Assembly: GCA_951406725.2 (NCBI GenBank) | Contig: OX597826.1 | Span: forward strand, 32,984,001 to 33,048,000 | DNA: 64,000 nt | Origin: Octopus vulgaris | Lineage: Eukaryota | Direction of reading: 5' to 3' | Shown here: positions 1-12,882 of the stretch, in pieces | Position numbering within the stretch: position 1 is the stretch's first letter | How the letters are laid out: every line of letters begins with the position of its first letter | The notes under the pieces: model-generated | Databases searched by the model: none | What the model was told of the DNA's origin: nothing | What the model saw: the letters and a program-made list of their open reading frames with translations, nothing else | Made by a program: the position numbers and the translations under genes

Positions 1-49
1 GTGTGTGCGTAAAAATGAAATTGAAAAACAAAGAGTATTTTTTGCGGCA

Positions 50-155
50 GTGACACACACACACACACAAATACATACATGCATGTATATATTATATATA
101 TATATACATATATCTGATGTAATATATAAATGTATATATTTGTATATATATATTT

Positions 156-192
<37 letters not shown>

Positions 193-309
193 CATATATA
201 TATGCATACACATATATTTGTATAAATATAGGTAGACATATAGATAGATAGGTAGATAGATAGACAGACAGACAGGCAGACAGACAGATAGACAGACAGA
301 TAGATAGAA

Positions 310-350
<41 letters not shown>

Positions 351-547
351 TAGATAGATAGATACATACATACATACATACATACATACATACATACATA
401 CATACATAAATAGACAGACAGACAGATAGAGATAGATAGATAGATAGAAAGATAGATAGATAGATACATACATACATACATACATACATACATAAATAGA
501 CAGACAGACAGATAGATTGATAGATAGATAGATAAATAGATAGATAA
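50..547. repeat. Compound microsatellite (CA)n/(TA)n/(TAGA)n/(CATA)n
   Basis: Directly visible simple repeats; overlapping ORFs are YI/LSIY low-complexity translations. Confidence 0.95.
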
Positions 548-1406
548 CTTTCGTTTATTAGCCACACAGGGCTGAATACAGAGGGGACACATACAAATGC
601 AGAGCTTTTCTTTTCGAGGGTGGAAAAAAAGAAAATAAATGTAAGATTGCGATCAAAAGGGATCGAGAGGAGAAAAGCCTACAGAAAAGACCACGGGAAC
701 CTCAGTCAGGGAGGAAATAACCACATGAGATCAAAATGCTCTCTTTCTTTCTTTTTTACGATCTACAGGATCATGCTCAAAATGGTTTCATTACTAGCAC
801 GCACCATCTTTGCAACATTCACCCATCTTTTTGAATCTTTCGCGAGACAAAACTTCCCTCTCCATTCTCACCTTCCTTTTCAAGTGGTACTTGAAAAAGT
901 TGATGAGCGATTGGCCAGAGAGGTAAGTGTTTGTCTCTAATCCTTTCGCTTCGAGTCCACCACACACATTCTTTCACCATGGCCACCAGTACGATGAAAA
1001 CTGCCTTGCCTTCCCGGTTGAGGGAAGGGGGTGGAGCAATTCTCACGATAGATTCGGCCGATAGGCGGATACGTCCCACATGTGACAGCAGCCGTTCGGC
1101 ATAAGCCCACAGGTCGGAAATGGTTGGACATTGCACGAGTGCGTGCAGAATGGTTTCGTCGCTCTGACCGCATCTCGGGCAAGTCGGTCCAGTGTGTCTG
1201 GAACCGTGACTGTAGAGCTTATCCCGAACAAGTAATGCTTCTCGATAGCACTGCCAGGCCAGGGATCTTTGGTGATTGTTCATAGGTCCCGGCCCGAAAG
1301 TTGTCCTGAACAGGCGGGTCAGGTGTTCCTCGTCGACGCCCAGACTCTGCCCGAGTTCGTCGTCGCACCTCCCCTCCACTAATCCTCTATAGAATGCCTT
1401 TGTTGT

Positions 1407-1407
<1 letters not shown>
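548..1407 (-). mobile_element. 5'-truncated Tx1/L1-clade LINE: ORF2 C-terminus (zf-RVT-like zinc knuckle) plus 3' UTR, embedded in (GATA)n
   Basis: ORF 819-1379(-) has SLAWQCYREALLVRDKL..TCPRCGQSDETILHALVQCP..LW, a typical CxxC..H..C knuckle of L1/Tx1 ORF2; 3' end with AATAAA near 555-560; (GATA)n on both sides. Confidence 0.85.
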
Positions 1408-1479
<72 letters not shown>

Positions 1480-1511
1480 GGATAGATAGATAGATAGATA
1501 AATAGACAGAC

Positions 1512-1602
<91 letters not shown>
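1408..1602. repeat. (GATA)n microsatellite
   Basis: Direct inspection. Confidence 0.95.
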
Positions 1603-2071
1603 CAAAAGTTGTTGCAGCTAATAAGAGGCTAATCTTCATTGCTTTTAAATCTCAATAGATAACAGGATTTCAAAAGCTACACTATTCGGGCTCAGTCAAT
1701 TATTTTCCAATGTGGTCATGAAAATTGCAAATTCATAAGATTATTGAGGCATTTTGACTTTGTCTTCATATAATTTCTTCAGGATAAGTCAACCCAAGGG
1801 GACACAGTCCTTATCTAAACCAAATTAATAGGAGAGATTCAGACTGTTGGACAGGGACACTAAACCTGATTTTGTCTTTTAGCTTGTTGTCCACCATCCA
1901 CACTTTATTGCTACAACAATATCCACCCTTTAACCCATACACACCCATAAAATAATGAAGTCTTGACATTTCACTGTATTTAGATTAAACATTATGGTAA
2001 GCTTTCACGATCTGGAAGAGAAGGACAGTATGCAACTGTTAGCTATGAATGTCAACTACCTACGGAACATT

Positions 2072-2374
2072 ATTTACATTATTTATATTTAACAGATATT
2101 TGTCCTCATCTTGTTTGTTGTTAACCCAACCCTAAAATTCACTTCATAATTGCCCATGGGCATATGGCATAAAGGTGTAGTGGTTAAGATTCCAAGTTCG
2201 ATTCCAAGCAGTGACCTGAATAATAATAATAATAATGATAATAATAATAATAATAATAATAATGATAATAATAATAATAATAATAATAAAAATGATGATG
2301 ATGATGTTGATGATGAGGATGATGAAGATGATGAGGATGATGAAGATGATGACGACGATGACGACGACGACGAC

Positions 2375-2419
<45 letters not shown>

Positions 2420-2591
2420 AACATCGAAAAATACTTTGGGAATGAGAACATAGGTTCGAAATTACTCCAAGACACCTGATGAAGGCTGGAGGGTATATCA
2501 GCCGAAACGTTGTGCTAACAAGATGAGGACAAATATCTGTCAAATGTAAATAATGTAAATAATTCCTCATCTCTTAAATATAGAATTGTAT
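2072..2591 (+). mobile_element. tRNA-headed hammerhead element, locus 1 (inverted tail ~2072-2130 + direct copy ~2131-2590)
   Basis: A/B-box-like head (gtagtggttaag..gttcgattcc), (AAT)/(GAT)n core, hammerhead 2471-2516; degenerate flanking direct repeat tacctacggaacatt 2057-2071 / tgcctgtggaacatt 2592-2606. Confidence 0.85.
2471..2516 (+). ncRNA. Minimal type-I hammerhead ribozyme motif (Penelope-like)
   Basis: GACAC-CUGAUGA-A-GGCUG(GAGGGUAUAU)CAGCC-GAAA-CG-UU-GUGCU: intact catalytic boxes, 5-bp stem II, loop-less palindromic stem III (AACGUU). Confidence 0.75.
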
Positions 2592-2703
2592 TGCCTGTGG
2601 AACATTTCGTATGCTCAGTCAGATGCTTTCCAATGAGTTTGTGTCCAAACAAGTAAGAGCAGGCTTTGTGTTGTGCAAACACAACCAGGGGTATATATGG
2701 TTC

Positions 2704-2975
2704 GAGGTCACATGGCCCAGTGGTTGGGCTGTTGTACTCACAATCATGAAATTGGGGTCTTAGTTCCAAAACCAAATGGTGTGTTTTGTTCATGAACAAA
2801 AGACTTCATCTCATGTTGCTCGGTGATCACTTTGATACCTGATATGTGGGACACACCATGCACCTGTTCAGGTAACATCGATTTGATGAAGGGAGTGAGC
2901 TGACATACAGCATGAACAAATCACTATAAGCAAATCATTTGTGCTGGTTCTCAGTAAGAAACTGAAGAACTGTCT
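2704..2975 (+). mobile_element. Old tRNA-derived SINE (CORE-like)
   Basis: tggcccagtggtt A-box, degenerate B-box, gttcatgaacaaaagacttcatctcatgttgctc CORE-like segment. Confidence 0.55.
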
Positions 2976-3639
2976 TTTTTGGACTTAGAGAGACTAACAT
3001 CATACTTTCACCACATAAAAGGTCAGGCAGAATAAAAAAAAAACTCCACGATAATGGAGATTTCGAGTGATTTGTGAATATATTTATATAAATATAAACC
3101 AAACCAAACAATATTTTATCTATTGTGGAACATATTTAGTCATTGTGTAGCATTAGTAATCGCACTGCGTTAAAGTACAGATTTCAGCCGACAAGTAAAA
3201 CTAGCATGACATAAAAAGCGATGGCGAAAAAATATTGAAGTTATAAAACGAATACAAAACTTTCTTTGATTTCTCTTCATCGTGTTGATGCTGTAGGTTT
3301 TACTTGCAAGCTGGTGGTGGGCAGGTCAAGTTATATCTTTATGTATTTAAAAAAAAATATCTAATTATATATTTATTTATTCATACATATGATATCCAAT
3401 ATTGATGTTAATTATTTGTAAGCACATCACTAGCCAGCAACCATCTTAAGTTCCTTCGTTTTGCTCAAGAAAGCTATTGTTACAGCTGTTATCAATGTTA
3501 TGTATGTGTCTCTTTTGCCTCACTGCAATCAAAGTGTACTTATCTCATCCTTCCCATGCATTTCTGCATACATAAATATTGACTTTCAATTGTGTTGCAT
3601 GATGCAGTGTAATATACCTAACTCTCAGTAACATAAAAA

Positions 3640-3762
3640 TACACACTCACTTGTATACATACATATATACATATATAAAAATACATATATATATATAAGT
3701 ATACTTATATGTATACATATAGTTTGGAAGTATGTACATCCATATCCATATACTTATATTTA

Positions 3763-3800
<38 letters not shown>

Positions 3801-4142
3801 TAGATAGATATATATACATATACATATATATATAAATGCGTGTGTGCAGGTGTGTGAATGTAGATACACATGCATATGTATATGGGTATGTATATAGATA
3901 TGTGAGTGTATAATCTGAATGAAAATATGCTTGGTGAAGAAGAGAATATAATAGAGCATCTCCTTTATCCATGTATGAATGAATATTTATGTGTGTATGT
4001 GTGTATGTATAAGTGCGTGCATATATATTTATATGTCTGTGTGAATGTGAATATATATGTATATATATGTATATATACTTGTGTGTTTAAATGTATGTGC
4101 ATGCATGATGATAGTTTGTATAAACACTTGTGTGTGTTTATA

Positions 4143-4175
<33 letters not shown>

Positions 4176-4307
4176 GGTGATTGTGTATGTGTATATAAAT
4201 ATATATACACATGTATATATATGTGCACTCATGCACACACAAATACATACTCATATACATTCACACAAATATTTACTCTGTGACACACATTTATACATAC
4301 ATATGCA

Positions 4308-4361
<54 letters not shown>

Positions 4362-4580
4362 CATATATATACATAAATATATGTATATGTATACACATAC
4401 ACACACGCATATATATGTATGTATTCAATATTTATATACATATATACATACATATATTTGCATAAGTAGCATATATTCATATTTATATGAATATTATATA
4501 TATGTAGTATATATACAAATATATATATATATACTATATATGTGTGTATATATACGTATATATATATATATATATAAATG
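3640..4580. repeat. Degenerate (TA)/(CA)/(TG) microsatellite field
   Basis: Direct inspection. Confidence 0.9.
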
Positions 4581-4833
4581 CGATAAACAAATATACAGAA
4601 TAAATAGATTAAATGCTTTTATGCTTCAGCAAGTGCCTGAGAACTAAATGTTTTAAAAATAAGCCAAAACACTTGCGTCTTTGACTGAAATTGCGGGAAA
4701 GAAAATGAGAAATAATTGCTTATCTTCAACTATATTGCTTCACAAGATTGAAATGCTTGTAAGAACAATTTGGAAAACGGTGAAATAAAAGAAAAAACAA
4801 ACAACAAAAAAAACAAAACCAAAGCATATATAT

Positions 4834-4866
<33 letters not shown>

Positions 4867-4894
4867 GGGTAAGAAAATAACATCCTCAATAGCA

Positions 4895-6010
4895 CTGACA
4901 GCAGCAGCAGTAGCACCACAACCACCATCACCGCCACCACCACCACCACCACCACCACCACCACCACCATCATCACCATCATCACCATCATACCACCATC
5001 ATACCACCATCACTGCCATCTCCATCATGATGACTACCCTCTTCCCTACCACCATCCCTACCATCCCACTGTTCTCAACACCACCACCACCACTAACAAC
5101 AAACCTCCACCACAACTATCATTACAACTACTTCTCTATACCACAGTGCCACCTATACAAACATTATTATTACCTCATCACTCCACCACCACCACCATCG
5201 CCTACACCACCTACACCACCACCACCACCACCACCGCCACCACTACCACTGCTCCACCCTCCTCTAAGTAAAAGCACCAGCTGCACTCAAAACACATCAT
5301 TAACAATTTAAAACCAAGAAGGAAGCTCCTATGTGGTAGCTTGATCAACATGAAATAGCAGCCAAATCTCCCTGAACTCACTTGCTGGCTTTGGAAGAAA
5401 GAATGTATTAAATAATGTGATCATAGGTCGTGAATAGATTGTATTTGGTTACCTGTGTATGCGTTGAGAACTGGCCTAGGGTTAAATGATAAAGAGAAAT
5501 ATAACGAAAGCTGTAACGATGACGAGGACACACCATGACAATAATGCAGAACAAAGCAATCATTACCATCACCAGCACCACCATCATCACAGCACCACCA
5601 CCACCACACCACCACCACCATCATCATCATCATCACCGCCACCATCAACACCACTACCACCACCATCACCACCCCAACACCATCACCACCACCACCTCCA
5701 CCGCCGCCACACTCACCACCACCGCCACACTCACCACCACCACCACCAGAACCGCCACCGACATCACTACCACTACTACCGTCACCAACAGCGGCAGCAA
5801 CACCACAGCAACCACCGTGCCCCCCCCCCCCCCGCTTCTACCATACCTACCACTGCCAGTATGATGATGACCACCACCACCATGAGACCCTCCTCCCCTA
5901 CTGAATACAACTACAATCATAGCTACAACAGCAACAACTACCACACCCACCATCACCACCACCATAATCACCTCTACCACCACTACCATCAACAAAACAA
6001 CCACAACTGT
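4895..6010. repeat. (CAC)/(CAT) trinucleotide low-complexity field
   Basis: Direct inspection; poly-His/Pro/Thr ORFs arise in several frames. Confidence 0.9.
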
Positions 6011-6665
6011 AGCCTCTACAACATTGTTAACAAGTTCGTTAAAAACCAATCATGTTGTTCCCTTCAAGTATTCTTTAAATCTCTTATTCTAAACATTCCT
6101 TCATTCTTTTATTCCCTTACTTCATTATTTTCAACTTTCTGAAGTGATTTTCTTTCACTTCTTCTGATGGAGAAACAAAACTCATAAATTGATGCTGATT
6201 CTTTGTTTCTTGATGAATCAACCATTCTTTCTGGCTCCATGTCTGTCGATCTGTCTCTGACTGTCTGTCTGTCTGTCTGTCTCTGTCTCTCTCTCTCTCT
6301 CTCATACACACACAGTCTGTCTATCAGTTTTTCTATAGGAATCTATCCATCTCTTACTCTTTATTGGATTAGCATTGTACGCACACACACACACACACAC
6401 ACAAACACACAAATATGGATGAATGTAAAATGTACAATATATATATACTATGTATATGTGTGTGTATGTGTATGAATGTGTGTGTATATATATGTGTGTG
6501 TATAATTCTATGGGTTTATTTGTAAATGTACATGACTATCATCATCATCATTTAATGTGCATCTTCCACAGTGGCATTAAACAAGATGATGATATATATA
6601 TATATTTATATATATGTATATATATATATTTACATGTATATATATATTCACATATATATTTATAC

Positions 6666-6702
<37 letters not shown>

Positions 6703-6731
6703 TATAAACATATATATAAATATATATATAT

Positions 6732-6774
<43 letters not shown>

Positions 6775-7167
6775 TACATATATGTATATACATATATGCA
6801 CACACACACATATATATGTGTGTCTATATATATTTATATATATGCATATATACACATATATATATTCAAATATATATATATGTTTATATTAATATTAATA
6901 TATATATATGTAAATATATATATATGTATGTATACAGTTATACATATATATATACATATATAGATTTGCACACATATATGTACATATGTCTATGCATACA
7001 TGCATACATACATCTATACATGAATGCATATACATGTGTATGTGTATATATATACATATATATATATTTGTATATAGATATATATATATATATACACACA
7101 CACACATATATACACACATATATATACACTTATATACACTCACACATACACTGTATGTATGTATATA

Positions 7168-7325
7168 ATTAAGTCAACTGGAATTAGAGTCCACCCTTAT
7201 CCCTGGATTTCACAAGACTCCAAATTTATACTTTGATTGTTCGGCTGGCAAGCTCCACTGAGGCAAAAATTTTAGATGGTGTGAAACCCAGGGTATAGAG
7301 AAACTTTGATTCCAACTGACTTAAT
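7168..7325 (+). mobile_element. Penelope-like remnant with terminal inverted repeat and degenerate hammerhead (7253-7300)
   Basis: attaagtcaactggaat ... attccaactgacttaat inverted ends; CUCCA-CUGAGGC...GAAA-CCCAGGG-UA-UAGAG. Confidence 0.45.
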
Positions 7326-7469
7326 AAATTATACACCCTGCGTCATCTATTGCACACTTTCTTCCATCCGTAACCACCAACATGTCTATATGTGTTTATA
7401 TATATATAGACTCACACACACACATAAATATATGCACGCACTCACATATATGTGTGTGTTGATATATGC

Positions 7470-7523
<54 letters not shown>

Positions 7524-7532
7524 ATTAATATA

Positions 7533-7563
<31 letters not shown>

Positions 7564-8512
7564 ATATATATATATATATTTATATCATCATCATCATCAT
7601 CATCATCGTTTAACTACATACACATATATATATATACACACATATATATATATATGTATATATGTATATGTATATATATTTATATCTGTATGTGTGTGTA
7701 TAGATGTATATATATGTGTGTGTGTGTGCCTGTATGTGTATATGTATTTATGTGTGACTAAAATGCTGTCATCCATGAACAATAGTTCTCTTTCTTGGAT
7801 CTTGGTGCTTCTTGTTTTTGCTCTAAAATGGATAATATTAAGGAGTTCTTCAGTTTGGCAGAGCTGGGAGAATTATTACCTCACTTGGAAACAAGGGGTG
7901 GGGGAACTGTTGAAAGGGAAAGCATCAGTTTGAGGAAAATTCTGCTGCAATCATCTCCCATCTGACTCATGCCAGCATGGAAACATAGATGTTAAAATGG
8001 TGACAACGATGATGTTTATGATAATCACACACACAAACACACACACATGTATATACTGACAGAGAGAGGGAGAGAAGGAAAGAACTGAAGGAAGAGACAG
8101 AGAGAGGATAAAGAGAGGCAGACAGGTGAACCAAAAGATAGGTAACTGATCTACAACAAACATTATATTATACTACAGAGATAAGTACAAGTTTTGAACA
8201 TACAAACCGTTGCTAGCAATTCATCTACATTATAAATCAGAAAAGACTAACACCTGTGCATTGATATTTTATGTGGCTCATGGTGGCCTCACCTGAATGA
8301 AACAATCACAATTTAGTGATGTTAATAATAAATAATAATAATAATAATGCAAGGTAATAATAATAGATAATAATAATAATAATAATAATAATAATTGCCC
8401 CAGAATGGCTTTATTTGTGACAGTTATGGCAAATTAGAGAATATGGAACATAATATACACAGCAAGAGTTTAATTAGCCTGTTTGTATCATATCTGTAGT
8501 GTATATATAATA

Positions 8513-8902
8513 TTTTCTTCTCTAGGCGCAAGGCCCGAAACTTTTGGAGAGGGAGCCAGTCGATTAGATTGACCCCAGCACACAACTGGTACTTAATTTA
8601 TCCTCCCCAAAAGGATGAAAGACAAAGTTGACCTTGGCGGAATTTGAACTCAGAACATAACGGCAGATAAAATACCTATTTCTTTACTACCCACAAGGGG
8701 CTAAACACAAAAGGGACAAACAAGGACAGACAAACGGATTAAGTCAATTATATCGACCCCAGTGTGTAACTGGTACTTATTTAATCGACCCCGAAAGGAT
8801 GAAAGGCAAAGTCGACCTTGGCCGAATTTGAACTCAGAACGTAGCAGCAAATGAAATACCACTAAGCATTTCACCCGGCGTGCTAACGATTCTGCCAGCT
8901 CA

Positions 8903-8903
<1 letters not shown>
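8513..8903 (-). mobile_element. Two tandem tRNA-derived SINEs with a Meta-like central domain and different tails
   Basis: Both carry gaccccagt..aactggtactta..gaaaggatgaaaggcaaagtcgacct..gaatttgaactcagaac; tails differ (tctaggcgcaaggcccgaaa vs ctacccacaaggggctaaacac). Confidence 0.85.
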
Positions 8904-8974
<71 letters not shown>

Positions 8975-9418
8975 TTGTAATGATAATAATAATTTATTTT
9001 CTTTTGTATTTGTAGTGTCATCATTATGCTTCATGCATATGACACGTGATGACAATGACGCTGATGGACAAATAAATATTAAAAGAAAAGTGAGAAAAAA
9101 CAAGGTGTGGTCAAGATAGACCCATGGATCAGTGTGGTGACAATTATGAAAATAATAAAAAAATATTCATGATAGCTTCCAATATTGCTAATGCATTTAT
9201 TGTTTTTGATTCATTACTGGTAGGTGTTTGGTAATTATCATAACGACCCTGAATGAGATTAAAGGCAAAGATGTGCTTCATTGGATTTGAATACAAAACT
9301 GGGAGAAATGAAACTTAAGTCTAATGTATATGTGTGCATGTATGTGCGTGTGTGTGTGTGCGTATATATGTATGTACACATATGTTTTTATATGTATATA
9401 TATATATGTGTGTGTATG

Positions 9419-9452
<34 letters not shown>

Positions 9453-9627
9453 TACATATATATATATTTATATATGTATGTGTGTATATATATATATATA
9501 TACAATATATATATACACATATATACATGTATGTATATATACATATACATATATATGTGCATGCGTGTGATGTGTGTGTGTATAGATATATATATTCACT
9601 CACACACAAACACATGTATATGACTGT

Positions 9628-9963
9628 GAAGGTGCATGGCTCAGTGGTTGGAGCCTTAGACTCACAATCATGTGGTAATGAGCTCAATTCACAGACCAGG
9701 CTGTTCGGGGTGTTCTTGAGCAAGACATTTTGCTCACTCCAGTTCACTCAGCTGTAGAAATGAGTTGCGACATCATTGGTGCCACACTGTATCAATTTTT
9801 TGCCTTTCCATTGGATAACATTGATGGCGTGGAGAGTGGAGGCTGGTATACATGGGCAACTGCTAGTCTGCCACAAACAACCTTTCCCAGACTTGTGCCT
9901 TGGTGGGGAACTTCTTAAGGGCAACCCCATGGTCATTCATGTCCAAAGGGAGTTTTTACCCTT
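9628..9963 (+). mobile_element. tRNA-derived CORE-type SINE
   Basis: tggctcagtggtt A-box, gtgttcttgagcaagac CORE-like box; homologous to 12883-13217 and 21580-21890. Confidence 0.8.
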
Positions 9964-10444
9964 GTATATGAGTAAACACATAAACAAACTGACACATATG
10001 CATACACACAGGTACATATGTGTATGTGTATAGGTGAAATAAACATTAGAGATGCTCTATCTTCACAAAGACAGTAGGAGTTACGCGGAGGTTTTTCAAG
10101 CTCTTCTAAATTTATCGTAATAATGGAAACCCTCCTGTATAAGGAGGGATCTCGGGGTCACCCCTTAGCCAGTATGCTTCACCTAAGTGGGGCAGTGATA
10201 GACTTTGCTAGCAGAAAGGTTCCACTTATGATTCCTTATATATAGGCACAGCCACGAGTACACAAAAGCTTCCTTCCCAGCTGTGCCATTTTCAGTACAG
10301 TCCCAATGCGTGGCACCTTGGGCAAATGTCTTCTGCTAGAGCCTTTGACCGGCCAAAACATTCTTTCAAAAGTTGAAAGAATCCGACCCATGCTAGCATG
10401 GAAAGCGGACGCTAAATGATAATGATGATGATGATCACCATGAT

Positions 10445-10622
10445 AGATTGTTAGCCATGAAACCTTTTTTATTTTCTCTCCCTATTTATTTTTGTGTTTC
10501 TTTCTGTCGAAGAGCGTAGGCTCAAAATATAAAAGACTGTCTCATTTCCCAAGCATTAAACTAATACATCCGCTTGTTGTTTACACACCCGTCTTCGTCT
10601 TTGTCTTTTTGTAAATTCTCAC
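10445..10622 (+). mobile_element. Penelope-type remnant with decayed hammerhead-like motif (10499-10535)
   Basis: CUUU-CUGUCGA-A-GAGC(GUAG)GCUC-AAAA-UAUA-AAAG; a related reverse remnant lies near 35400-35480. Confidence 0.45.
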
Positions 10623-10646
10623 TAGATAGATAGATAGATAGATAGT

Positions 10647-10769
<123 letters not shown>

Positions 10770-10781
10770 TTATATATTTAT

Positions 10782-10846
<65 letters not shown>

Positions 10847-11159
10847 TAGATAGATAGATAGATAGATAAATAGATATACATACATATGTCAAAACAAATT
10901 TTTGGCATTTTGATATTTTAATAATTGGTTATGCTATCTTATATTATATTATATCATATTCTTAGTATATTATGTTATATTATAATATAAATATATTATT
11001 GGATTGTCAATTATATCTCTCTACTTAATTTTATCTTTGTAATTTGCATTATATCAATATTTATATGGTATCCAACTGACGTACCAGTGAATTGGTAGCT
11101 TCACACACCCACCTGAAAAGAAATTTTTTCTTTAGTTTGTTCATTTATATATGTACACA

Positions 11160-11556
11160 TTCTTTTATTCTTTTATTTGTTTCAGCCAAGTGACTGTGGC
11201 CATGCTGGAGCACCACCTTTAGTTGAGCAAACCGCCCCCTGGATTTATTCTTTCTAAGCCTAGTATTTATCCTATCGGTCTCTTTTGCCAAACTGCTAAG
11301 TTACGGGTACATAAACACACCAGCATTAGTTGTCAAACAACGTCGGTGGGGGGGGGGACAAATACAGACACAGACACACGCACATACATATATATATACC
11401 ACAGGCTTCTTTCAGTTTCCGTCTACCAAATCCACTCACAAGGCTTTGGTTGGCTCAAGGCTATAGTAGAAGACACTCGCCCAAGGTGTCACTTAGTGGG
11501 ACTGAACCCAGAACCATGTGGTTGGTAAGCAAGCTACCTACTACATAGCAACTCCT
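11160..11556 (-). mobile_element. Abundant octopus-type tRNA SINE (OK/Octopus-SINE-like), near full length
   Basis: gactgtggccatgctggagcacc tail ... ttcagtttccgtctaccaaatccactcacaagg ... gggactgaacccagaaccatgtggttggtaagcaagc head; more than 10 copies in window. Confidence 0.85.
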
Positions 11557-11894
11557 AATATATATATGTTGATATACATATTATATTATGATGTGATGTG
11601 TGTGTGTGTATGCATTTGTATGTATGTGTGCAAGAGTCTGTGCGTACACTTGTTTTCATATCACATGATTGTTGTAAAAGAGCATCATCATCATCGTATA
11701 AGCATTGTTATTTATCTCCAGTTTCCATGGAAAATATGTCTGGCCAAGGAGAAACATTAACTTGCTTGGAAACAAGCAAATGTTGGTGCTGAGAAGGGTG
11801 TCTGGCTACAAATGTTGCCTCAACAAATTCCATTGGCTCTCATGGGTATGGAAAAGTGAATATTAAAACGATGCGGCTATTATATATACACATG

Positions 11895-12095
11895 AAGGCA
11901 GTGAGGTGGCAGAATTGTAAACATACCAGACAAAATGGTCAGTGGCATTTTGTCCATCTTGCCGGACAAATTCTGTCATGGTCAACTTAAACTTTCATCT
12001 TTTGAGGGTCGAAAAGTTAAGTACCAGTTGATTACTGGGGTCGATATAATTGGTTTGCCCTCTTCCACAAATTCCAGGCCTTATGCCTATAATAG
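11895..12095 (+). mobile_element. Degenerate Meta-like SINE
   Basis: ctttcatcttttgagggtcgaaaagttaagtaccagttg..ctggggtcgat..ggccttatgcctata. Confidence 0.65.
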
Positions 12096-12376
12096 AGTGG
12101 ATATCATAAGCAAACACCCTACCCCCCATGTACATATTTCCCCCCTGTTTTTATTGCCCTCTACTTTGCACTCTACTTTGTCTCCTAACCACTTTTCTTT
12201 TTCTTCTTCCCTATCCCTTTATCCCCTCTCATTTCTTCTCTCCATCCTTCTTTCTTCCCCCACTATACCCGTCCTCCACCCCTTCCTACCCTAAGCATGC
12301 ACACAACACCCCATCTTTTCCTTCTCTTCTTAAATCTCCCTCCATAGGACCAGCTTTCCTAAACTTCTTTCTCTAT

Positions 12377-12507
12377 TTCTTCTTCTTCTTCTTCTTCTTC
12401 TTCTTCTTCTTCTTCTTCTTCTTCTTCTTCTTCTTCTTCTTCTTCTTCTTCTTCTTCTTCTTCTTCTTCTTCTTCTTCTTCTTCTTCTTCTTCTTCTTCT
12501 TCTTCTT

Positions 12508-12537
<30 letters not shown>
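12377..12537. repeat. Pure (TTC)n microsatellite
   Basis: Direct inspection. Confidence 0.97.
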
Positions 12538-12540
<3 letters not shown>

Positions 12541-12882
12541 CCCACTTTTCTGCCCTTTCAGTTTTTCTGATGAAGGACTGACATCTGAAAAGTTAAAGAA
12601 CATTTTCTTTTCCACTTTTGTTAAAATTGCTCCTTCTTGAGTTTTTTCTTCATTTTGTTCATTCATCATTTATGTATCATTCACTATTGTCTTTTTGCTT
12701 TTCTTTTTACATTTCATAGATACTGACCAATGCTTGTCTATTCTTGTACACTTTTGGAGAATTTTCGTTACAGGCTCTATTGTTCCATCAGTTTTCATTA
12801 GGCTTGTTTTTGGTATGGTATCATATTTGTGACAGGAAATAACCCGAAGAACAACATATCTAGTTGTCTCTATTTGTATTGT

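Noticed and set aside
1650-2050. Possible decayed DNA transposase fragment
   Set aside because: Too degraded to assign any motif by eye
4057-4647. YI/CV-repeat ORFs throughout the window
   Set aside because: (TA)n/(TG)n repeats lack stop codons by composition
5486-6142. 218 aa His/Pro/Thr-rich ORF (and similar poly-H/D/M/I ORFs at 41046, 42753, 51436, 51737, 60334)
   Set aside because: Translations of trinucleotide tracts open in several frames and on both strands; no domain or splice context
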